Assembly (NCBI GenBank): GCA_015231995.1
Contig: JADGAO010000001.1
Location: 1 to 52,612, forward strand
Direction: 5' to 3'
Length of the DNA: 52,612 nt
Origin: Nitrospinota bacterium
GTDB taxonomy: Bacteria > Nitrospinota_A > UBA7883 > JACRLM01
The notes beneath the pieces were generated by a model, which saw only the letters and a list, made by a program, of their open reading frames with translations, was not told the DNA's origin and did no database searches. The position numbers and the translations under genes are program-made. Every line of letters starts with the position of its first letter. The first letter of the stretch is position 1. Shown here piece after piece: positions 34,801 to 39,519 of the stretch.

Positions 34801-36990
34801 GCCAACTGGCCCATCTGATCGAGCTTGATTTGGGTTTGCGCCGTTTTGTTTGTCATGTTCCGATGCCTCCCTCGTAATAATATCGGCCTTTGTTCCGGAA
34901 TAATCAATGGGAACTACTGCGTATTTTCCATTTTCTTTTGGATGCTCAATCACCTTGCTGGGCGCGCCTGATTTCATTTTCCGGTTGGCCTGCATGATCG
35001 CAAGACCTTTGGGCAACGGTTGTGCTTCTGGAGTGACCGAAGAGCCGGGATTCACGTTTTGTGTAGCCTGATTGCCCGTAGAATCGGAAACATTCGGGGA
35101 TTCAATCTTCGCTTTCACCGTGTCAAGACGGCGATTAGGAAACACCATCCCACTCCGTTTATCGTTCCATATACCGCCCAACCCAAGAGATTTGATGGAA
35201 TCCTTGTCGCCTTTAAGGACAAACTCCTTATCTGAAATCTCCTCTATCCCGTAACCGCTGGCCGGTTGATTCGGGCTGGCGGAAACCGAAGATTCCGATG
35301 CGGCGCCGGTGGATGGTTTTCCCGGTCGCACGTATTCGATCTTTATTCCCGATTGGCGGATAGCTTCCTGCGTCTCCGCTCTTTTCTTGTATAACTTTTC
35401 AAGTTCAGGATCGGTTTGCGTTGTTGACGATTTAATGGTGGAAGGTGATTCCGTCGCGTCAACGTATCGTGTAGTGGGACTCGTTTTGTTTTCAGGGATA
35501 GCGCCGGGTATAACGCCAGTCGTGTCGTCTTTCTTGAGGATCGCGCCGGTTCCCAGTTGGCCGTAATTGTCTTTATGTTCGACTTGCGTTCCTGGCTTTA
35601 GAGAGTCCTCCGTAGGTTGAACGTCGGTGATAGCCGTGTCCTGTATCGTATTGCGTGTTTTGTTTTCGGCTTTGAGCGCCGTGGGTTCTTCAGGGGTATT
35701 GGCTTGAGGTTCTGGTTTCGAGGTTACAGGCTGTGTTTCTTGTGCGAAGCTATCCTCATTGACCGGTTCAGGCGTTGCCGCCTGATCGCTGGTTCCGGCG
35801 GATGAGGTTGGTTCTTCTAAAATGGATTTCGCGCCAGATATGGAGATACCGCCTGGTTTCCCGCTCTCGTCAGCCTGCTTTAGCTTTTCCTTTGAAACTG
35901 CGGGTTCTGGCTCGGCCTCCTGCGAAACCGCATCCTTCGCCTTGGCCAATCCCGATGGCGTGACATAAACCCGAAACTGGCCTTCTTTCCCTTTATGAAG
36001 CGGATTGATCTTCAGGTCTTCGTTGCGAAATCCCTCCGTGATGATCTTTTCCTTGATGAACTCCTGCGCGGCTCGCAGTGAATGAAACGCCCGGTCGTCA
36101 AAGCTCTTGAGGGAGTTCCTGGTGTATCGCCCAGCGCCTTGCGGAGATTCCCCTGATTCCGGCTGTTCCGGCGGCGCCTCGTTAGCTTTATCCCGCTCTT
36201 CCCCGGAAACAGCGCTAGTTTCCGTTTTTGGCTCCGGCAAGAGTTTTACGTTCCGTTCTGAACGTTGCGGCAATGCGCCCACCGCCAACGGCTCGCCACG
36301 AGTCATCCGCCACGCATACCTTATTGCGTCCTCTTCGTTGTATCCTCTTGAAAAAAGCTCGTTGAATATGCGTTCCGCCGTAGTATCCAGTGTCACGCCG
36401 TCATCCGCCGGATTAACCGCGCCCGCCGCCGATTCTTCGGCTACTTTTCTGGCAAGGCCAATCTTGGTCAATGCGGTGACACCGGATCGGTAGGGAACCA
36501 TTGCGTTGGATACCGCGCTTACAGCCGACTTCTCCGGCAGATAACCGGCTATTGGCGTGTTTTGCGGGGAGGGAATGTTCTCGGCGTTATTTCCAGTTTC
36601 CGTCCGCCTTGCTTTACCGTGCAATACTGCGCCGGTTCCGCCGCCCAAAAGACCTCCAGCCAACCCGCCAGTCACAGACTGGTTCAACACGTCTTCATCC
36701 CATTGTTTCGTGGGATCAACATACTTCTGTTCGGCGAGATTCTGGATGGCCTGTTCCGATCCGCTCTGTAAAAACTCCTGCGCCGATTCCGCTGTTAAAC
36801 CCTCCACGGCGGACGAACCTCTCCGCCCGATCTTCTGAGCCAGTTTCCCAACCGCCTCCTGCCCGGTCTTTCCCATGATCCGGCCATATACCGCGCCGGG
36901 AACCGCCCCCCAACAACGCAGTGGACGGAGCCGTTCTTGCGAACACCTCGTTTTCCGCACGTCTCGCCGTCTCTTCCCGCGCCTGCTCAT
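25831..36990 (-). CDS. Giant polyvalent virion-type protein (DarB-like): N6-adenine methyltransferase, SNF2-family helicase, HExxH metallopeptidase-like motif and C-terminal TM-rich region; the true 5' end is probably 37582 via a frameshift
   Basis: 3719-codon ORF. MTase motifs VIEPALGAGHF and ISNVPFGD. Helicase motifs LKPHQRAGV...VVGAGKT, LFVDEAHEFKN and QREGRIVRQGN. HEATH at 29023-29037. Hydrophobic segments lie near 26500-26640. The first 28 codons or so of the listed ORF (MSRRGKRRRDVRKTRCSQ...) look non-coding; sensible sequence begins just after the G6 run at 36906-36911. Confidence 0.9.
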   Translation of the reverse strand: MSRRGKRRRDVRKTRCSQERLRPLRCWGAVPGAVYGRIMGKTGQEAVGKLAQKIGRRGSSAVEGLTAESAQEFLQSGSEQAIQNLAEQKYVDPTKQWDEDVLNQSVTGGLAGGLLGGGTGAVLHGKARRTETGNNAENIPSPQNTPIAGYLPEKSAVSAVSNAMVPYRSGVTALTKIGLARKVAEESAAGAVNPADDGVTLDTTAERIFNELFSRGYNEEDAIRYAWRMTRGEPLAVGALPQRSERNVKLLPEPKTETSAVSGEERDKANEAPPEQPESGESPQGAGRYTRNSLKSFDDRAFHSLRAAQEFIKEKIITEGFRNEDLKINPLHKGKEGQFRVYVTPSGLAKAKDAVSQEAEPEPAVSKEKLKQADESGKPGGISISGAKSILEEPTSSAGTSDQAATPEPVNEDSFAQETQPVTSKPEPQANTPEEPTALKAENKTRNTIQDTAITDVQPTEDSLKPGTQVEHKDNYGQLGTGAILKKDDTTGVIPGAIPENKTSPTTRYVDATESPSTIKSSTTQTDPELEKLYKKRAETQEAIRQSGIKIEYVRPGKPSTGAASESSVSASPNQPASGYGIEEISDKEFVLKGDKDSIKSLGLGGIWNDKRSGMVFPNRRLDTVKAKIESPNVSDSTGNQATQNVNPGSSVTPEAQPLPKGLAIMQANRKMKSGAPSKVIEHPKENGKYAVVPIDYSGTKADIITREASEHDKQNGANPNQARSDGPVGDNPLAREQAANVQTAQETGETSGTGVSGAGSHETGDGRDSEKPVEGRPDPSQRHGGGDRSASVLSGGQGLGDDNGEPHPSTGGRRHGRDRGRDSEFTDGDKRDQVRNSESGERTGRRDGQFQDRRPDRRNRQPESQAGGSDVVHETPAVHVAEPENRGRAGRGDDRGRVLSYRITESDRIGEGSQNQKFGNNISAIRLLKTLESENRNATPEEQSLLVKYAGWGGIPQAFDSNNKNWANEYRDLKDLFTKEEYEAARGSTLNAHYTSPKVIKAMYSALERLGFTGGRVIEPALGAGHFIGHMPPTMKSNSRITGVEIDDLTGRIANKLYPEADIRIQGFEKVKFPDNYFDLAISNVPFGDYKLHDPRYDKLKLRIHDYFFAKSLDIVRPGGLVMFVTSKGTLDKKDSYVRDYMAKRAELIGAIRLPNDAFKKNANTEVTTDIVILRKYAEGEKPKSEPKWRDLAEITGKDGDTFMVNEYFASRPEMMLGQMAYEGKMYRKNEATLVSGGRDIGEALEEAVNRLPEGVYERPESTVPEIDNRQPETPDERIKNGAHVLRDGAIMINDNGTLVETSYSGKVAERIKGMIGLRDVVKDVLRTQLDAASEPEIESVRKKLNRIYDQFIDQFGYINVQANRTAFGKDPDYPLLSSIERNYNKKKNTAYKADIFSKRVVNRHEPVAKVDTAQGALAVSLNENGKVALDHMSRIYGKPEKEIIAELKGAIYRDPESGEWVTEDDYLSGNVRHKLEIATKKAQDNPSFHENVEALKAVQPVDLKPGEIDIRLGSSWIPTDDVRDFVASLLEIAPHNIRVNHAANLGFWSVESDVRRIETNTQKWGTPRYEALQAVLDALNLKTPTIMDVAPDDNKKKIVNQKETEAAREKQQKIKDEFKNWIWREEERTDRLARKYNEEFNNTRLRAFSGDHLTLPGANPQIVAKLKPHQRAGVWRIVQTGNTGLFHVVGAGKTYTMAGAGMELRRLGIARKPMYVVPNHMLEQFSREILELYPTANILVADKKDFEKKNRRLLMSRIATNDWDAVVVTHASFRRLPMSAETQSKYYKEQIEEITRLIEEEKRESGRDSKIVKQIEAVRKKLEDKYAKRLSDIQKDQDKAVTFEETGVDWLFVDEAHEFKNLQFPTKMSRVAGLNNSQSVKSDDMFLKTIHVNRLQKGRGGVVFATGTPVSNTMAEMFTMQRYLQLDTLKRQGLLHFDSWAASFGEAVTSMELAPDGSGYRLNTRFSKFVNLPELMGMFRQVSDIQTAEMLNLPVPTVKNGKPQTVSASSSGILKQYVETLVRRSERIRSGQVDPREDNMLKVTNDGRKAALDMRLIDPSLPDEPNSKVNRAADNIYRVWEETKDSSYAESKTSGAAQLVFCDLSTPKKKSKKPKKTKKRKKGKEAEDSTDSGENGDSKKEVNMDEVLADSGAFSVYDDIREKLIQRGIPKEEIAFIHDYERDQQKAELFNDVREGRVRILLGSTSKMGAGTNVQKRLVALHHLDAPWRPADIEQREGRIVRQGNENPEVQIYRYVTEGSFDAYMWQTLESKARFISQVMRGDNYLRNIDDVAGAALSYAEVKAIASGNPKVMEKAKVDAEARRLSTLKRAWQDEQRSLQSKSKRIPESIEWWGKYRDDVAEDIKARKDVSGDNFAMAIQGSDYIERKDANDALRAIISKYGGLNTQGKKDVIGNYAGFKLAIAGKGYGTELRDPEIYLRGKRDYYFTVPFNSENVNVTVRLENLVKNLESEHARAEREIGKLERDLKTVTGEYGKPFEHEAKLNETLARQAELDKELEIGRNDEPMIAEEESDEDKPPEMSFDSLDKSIYQDSRFREIRKMAERLNKAFPNLPAPVTVIDSINDLPPNLRNRIQQAANKSVNGKPMMVSVSGLFDPKANRIYLVADGLIRKSTAKGQPLNRAVLEVLFHEATHGATDRLIDMFGGDWKRIVDNVFGHWSNNPVVRKEIAEIKQLYKEADWRTEKGRNTIARELIARMGEKHIDHSFTRWIIAKLRQVLRRIAKALGVKMNISHTDMLEAIRALKQSWENQNAPPQPPVGNKETATSDSAALNLSLTGLDDTADKYASEPMTEKPTQEDFVKTTLAYSHAIYNSLFPIKKYQVSGYDPATGAERRDTHQSMESAEKAASALRKAGYAEVNIQPVGAVGFLQKTLLSPEYWNHPVFKRFIDTALRRQDTRHEHLNKFLTDNDGEEIYRKLDRLKKPQYKQLENVLVWADTKDWNPPKDVTDKSAWKEAKTIGEMERRGYSKEVIDAWRSVRRAYDRALDTWLEFQGKDPLSRKMLAQEITVADDAGKQHRLTLREALDEMGELRGSYAPRQRIGEYVVRAKDKSGNLYRYHRNRVEAEKLHAELKAKGWKVEPVQEAERMAESVYQELKIPMTQKAIEEAIRTAKLGENTKQVYESLIIEMANLIKARGFRSRAIARNVDMPVVHGYETDPKTALLQYASSLSSGLAKAEAAREMYSAINEIDSRKEAETYDLAVSYVANQLRNSDHIDGQLGFIKSLAAFKYLGFNVKSAAVNLLSLPTTAPAAIHEYAGGKIVGAGAIVRHLSKSVRDFGLWMAGKDVKLKENERKLLNELKQKAWANPQATTEALSHINSRTRTGQISNAWAKLIETAMAPFGFTERINRGSTILAAYRVAVQSGMSHDEAVKAAKLASDRAHGIYNKATLPIWAQGTMGRAFQPMLIFSKYGHNYMQLLYELGFRRKNYKAMIYASLAPIVLGGGMAIPMKSGIVLAAGAMLSAIGIDNDPEKWWWDTTRKYLGENGERAARYGAVGYFTPVQLSGSLQPNIGVGIPSNVWELLGAGGGVIKDFHEGFDALSKGDMLGAPKALLPTAFSAPFKAYSEYTHGLATKRHKAIFDERGRIVKPTLAEAVMKGVGFQPTRTSMILARRYEGRRESENYADRRNALYDEYRILASRGAPPSDMVKFLERVYRYNAMATPAEEHLITPQSLQRQAQTLYRAARKDWAEYQ
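29023..29037 (-). other. HExxH motif (HEATH) in the giant protein, metallopeptidase-like
   Basis: Context AVLEVLFHEATHGATDRLIDMFGG. This is compatible with the metallopeptidase modules described in phage/conjugative polyvalent proteins. The assignment rests on the motif only. Confidence 0.45.
30245..31989 (-). other. SNF2/strawberry-notch-like helicase domain of the giant protein
   Basis: Motif I is near 31900-31989, DEAH near 31404-31440 and motif VI at 30245-30300. A Lys-rich insert TPKKKSKKPKKTKKRKKGKE lies at about 30612-30668. Confidence 0.85.
33435..34289 (-). other. N6-adenine DNA methyltransferase domain of the giant protein
   Basis: Starts at SYRITESDRIGEGSQNQKFGNNISAIRLLKTLE...ATPEEQSLLVKYAGWGG. 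Motif I VIEPALGAGHF. Motif IV LAISNVPFGD is encoded at 33721-33750. Confidence 0.85.
34290..34856 (-). CDS. Nested 188-codon ORF in an alternative frame of the giant gene (TnpV-like N-terminal half plus acidic coiled coil)
   Basis: The listed ORF is 34290..34907. The ATG at 34856 is preceded by GGGAGG 9 nt upstream. The product MTNKTAQTQIKLDQMGQLAITHWRENRPQMFKRLKRQGKLLERAYQAQEATKQEMD...RAWEMTMENHILLPAEEDMEE... has natural composition. It resembles a widespread small-protein family (..HWRE.RP.M...L...G.L......A.......AWEM..E..ILLP.EED). The ORF ends exactly where the MTase domain starts. Confidence 0.55.
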   Translation of the reverse strand: MTNKTAQTQIKLDQMGQLAITHWRENRPQMFKRLKRQGKLLERAYQAQEATKQEMDAIVKSLLKEDPIPANATAEETEAHLSYLADRAWEMTMENHILLPAEEDMEEIVDEIRNSRMVIKEIKSEIASLEKELEDETDNSRIGDLIDEIDSLKARLEDQTLFMKRQQSMLRSLKTGEEPEEETTEGEY

Positions 36991-37582
36991 GGGTAAGCCC
37001 GCTTGTCCGCAATTCCTGATAGACAGGGCTTTTTGATAGGTCGGCTGGGGTCATCTTGCGGATGTTCATCCCAGTGTCAGAAGCGTTTTGCGCTCCGGCC
37101 TGTATGCCCTCCATAGCTCCGAACCCAACCGCCCCGGCCAACGCGGGCGCGATTTTCATCGCCGCTCCCACTTTGGTTACAGCCGCCCCAGGAATAGCAG
37201 TGGCCAGCATGGACGGGAGGGATTCAGCGGCGGATAACGCTATGGTGGATAATTTTGGATCGAACCTTATATTGCCCTGTTCGTCGTAATCCACAATCTT
37301 GTGCCGTAACGCTCGCTGGCCTTCATTGGACATTGCGCTCCGCCAGTATTCGGAGGTCTGGTCGCCAACGCGCTCGGCTCCGCCGCCTATGTTCTCCGCG
37401 CCGACCTTTCGGGCGAGCCAGCCTATCGGCTGAACCACGCCGGAACCTACGCCGGACGCGACAGCCTTGAAATAATCTGTAACGGCGGGAGACTTTTCAT
37501 CCAGGTCGTCCAGTGTGGCGGTACGCAACCCATTCGCCGGTTCATAACCCGCATCCTGATAAGTGGCGAGCCGCAGAGCCAT
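36716..37582 (-). CDS. N-terminal segment of the giant polyvalent protein, separated from it by a 1-nt frame change
   Basis: 288-codon ORF. The ATG at 37582 follows the upstream stop directly (TAGATG), with GGGAGG upstream. The sequence is sensible up to ...FARTAPSTALLGG, encoded at the G6 run, and R/G-rich nonsense after it. The giant ORF becomes sensible (AVPGAVYGRIMGKTGQEAVGKLAQ) at exactly the same point. Confidence 0.8.
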   Translation of the reverse strand: MALRLATYQDAGYEPANGLRTATLDDLDEKSPAVTDYFKAVASGVGSGVVQPIGWLARKVGAENIGGGAERVGDQTSEYWRSAMSNEGQRALRHKIVDYDEQGNIRFDPKLSTIALSAAESLPSMLATAIPGAAVTKVGAAMKIAPALAGAVGFGAMEGIQAGAQNASDTGMNIRKMTPADLSKSPVYQELRTSGLTHEQAREETARRAENEVFARTAPSTALLGGGSRRGIWPDHGKDRAGGGWETGSEDRAERFVRRGGFNSGIGAGVFTERIGTGHPESRRTEVC

Positions 37583-38845
37583 CTATTTCGCGCCTCCCAT
37601 AATCCGTTTAGCGTCGTCACGGGTTATCTCTGTCCCGTTATGGAAGAATTTCCCCGTCTTGTCGTCAATCATCACCTGCGGCGTTCTCGGCTCCGCCTCC
37701 TGCCCCGTCCAGGTGTCTATCCATTTCTGGCCGGTCTTCATGCCCATGTCATTGAACACATCCTGTTTCTGATACCGGCTCCGTAACGCCGCCTGCTCCT
37801 TGGCGTTCCCCTCGATAACGGCTTTGGCAAGTTCCGTCTCGTTGCGGGCGTTGAGCTTTGCGATCTCTGTCTGATTCGCCCTGTTCGATCCGGCGGTTAT
37901 CATCGGCGTGTATTCGTTCAATAACCCGGCGAGCAAATCTTGAGGGTTACGCGACGACCGGATTTTCTCGGCGAGAGCTGTTGAAGTTTCCTGCTTCTGA
38001 CCATTCCCAGGAACGACGTAGGTTTTGCCTTTGTCCGCGCCTTCCTCAACGGTGATATACCCGCTGACATTGGCGCCAGGCTGTTGTTGGGTTGATTGCG
38101 TATCCCCTCTGTTTCCGGAATATCCAACATGTTCCCAATCGCCACTATCGCTTTTTTTCAGGATCATGCCGGTTTTGGGATGAACGATCTCCGCGCCCGG
38201 TTTGTATAAGGCCAATGTTTCTTTGAACAAAGAGCCTTGTTGCGCGTCGCGCTTTTTCGCCAAACCTGTTTCGGTTTTATCTTGCGATTCCTGCTTCGCG
38301 TCGTTTCTTTTCGCTATTGCATCCGCTTTCTTTTGAGCCTCATACCTGGCGCGGTCGTTGATGATTTTGGCTTCCACCGTCGGAGACATCTCCGCGTCGT
38401 GCCCCAACATTCTCGCCATACCGATACCGGCTCCTCTGGCTATATCCTCCCCGCCTCCAGCGTACCTGCCGCTACCTGAGTAGTTGAACGGATTCAAATC
38501 GCCGGTAACGGTATCGGCAAAGGATTTTGCCCCTTCAGCCAGGTTTCCAGAGCCAATGGCCGTATCAACACCCTTAATAGCGCCGTGCGCCACGGCAAGG
38601 CCGCCCGCCACGGAAGGCGCACTACGGCCAGCTATCTCCGCTCCTTTCCCGGCGAATCTTGAAGTAATCTCCGGAACTTTCTCCGCCAGATAACTCCCCA
38701 GCCGTCCAGGTTCGTATTTAGGAGCGAAACGTTTCACCGTTTCCCACGCGGTGTTTCCGGCAGTTTCAACCGGATGAACGTATGGAACGACGGAGCGCAC
38801 AGGAGCCTTTACGACGTTACCGAACTCATCCACTACGAACGGCAT
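37583..38845 (-). CDS. Hypothetical Gly-rich phage protein (possible internal/ejection protein)
   Basis: The listed ORF runs to 38854 (GTG). The ATG at 38845 has GGAGG 10 nt upstream and lies 2 nt after the previous stop. No motif recognised. It lies between the tail fibres and the giant protein. Confidence 0.7.
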   Translation of the reverse strand: MPFVVDEFGNVVKAPVRSVVPYVHPVETAGNTAWETVKRFAPKYEPGRLGSYLAEKVPEITSRFAGKGAEIAGRSAPSVAGGLAVAHGAIKGVDTAIGSGNLAEGAKSFADTVTGDLNPFNYSGSGRYAGGGEDIARGAGIGMARMLGHDAEMSPTVEAKIINDRARYEAQKKADAIAKRNDAKQESQDKTETGLAKKRDAQQGSLFKETLALYKPGAEIVHPKTGMILKKSDSGDWEHVGYSGNRGDTQSTQQQPGANVSGYITVEEGADKGKTYVVPGNGQKQETSTALAEKIRSSRNPQDLLAGLLNEYTPMITAGSNRANQTEIAKLNARNETELAKAVIEGNAKEQAALRSRYQKQDVFNDMGMKTGQKWIDTWTGQEAEPRTPQVMIDDKTGKFFHNGTEITRDDAKRIMGGAK

Positions 38846-38847
38846 GA

Positions 38848-39486
38848 TTACCACCCCTCCATGTTGAGGATTTCGTCATCGGTGTACCGGCGGGGCGCGA
38901 GTTTTTGATTCTTTTCCTCGTTCGGATCGGATATCCCGCCCTGATGGGACATTCCGGCCACGCCACTGAAAATCCGTTCCGCCGTCTGGTAATCCATCGG
39001 CATCGGGAAATCGCTTTTGTTGCGCCAGTCCTGCATATAGCTCTTGTCCGAATAGTTGAGGTTCTGATCCATCTCTCCCTGCCGTTTGGCGAGGCCATAC
39101 TGGTTCTCAATCCGTAGCCTGTCCTCAAACGATGGGGCGAGCTGGCCGTATTTTTTCTGGAGTTCGTACTGGTTTTCGAGCCTCTGCCGGTCAATGTCGG
39201 CCTGCGTCTCGCCCATCCGCCTGGCTTTCATCGCCGAAACCGTTCCCCAGGGATCGGGATCAAGAGCCGAAGCCCCGGCCATTGAGCCGCCTCCATCGCC
39301 GTATCTGCCCGCCAGAACAGGACGGGTGGGACTCCCGGCTGTCCCTTTCATGAATCCCGAACCGCCCCCGTTCCGGAAAAGCAGGTTGCCTATTCGCGTA
39401 AACCCGCCTGCGCCAGCCGAGATACTCTCAACCGGGGTTCTTTTGTTCATCCGCGCCGACAGCATGTTGCTAAACGTGTTCCACAT
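38848..39486 (-). CDS. Hypothetical phage protein
   Basis: The listed ORF runs to 39513. The ATG at 39486 (MWNTFSNML) has AAGGAG 8 nt upstream. No motif recognised. Confidence 0.65.
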   Translation of the reverse strand: MWNTFSNMLSARMNKRTPVESISAGAGGFTRIGNLLFRNGGGSGFMKGTAGSPTRPVLAGRYGDGGGSMAGASALDPDPWGTVSAMKARRMGETQADIDRQRLENQYELQKKYGQLAPSFEDRLRIENQYGLAKRQGEMDQNLNYSDKSYMQDWRNKSDFPMPMDYQTAERIFSGVAGMSHQGGISDPNEEKNQKLAPRRYTDDEILNMEGW

Positions 39487-39519
39487 AATCCATTCTCCTT
39501 TAACCGGCCTCATCTACCC

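Noticed and set aside
25831-36990. Giant ORF as an N4-like virion RNA polymerase
   Set aside because: Its size suggested a vRNAP, but the recognisable motifs are those of an N6-adenine methyltransferase and an SNF2 helicase. I saw no single-subunit RNAP motifs.
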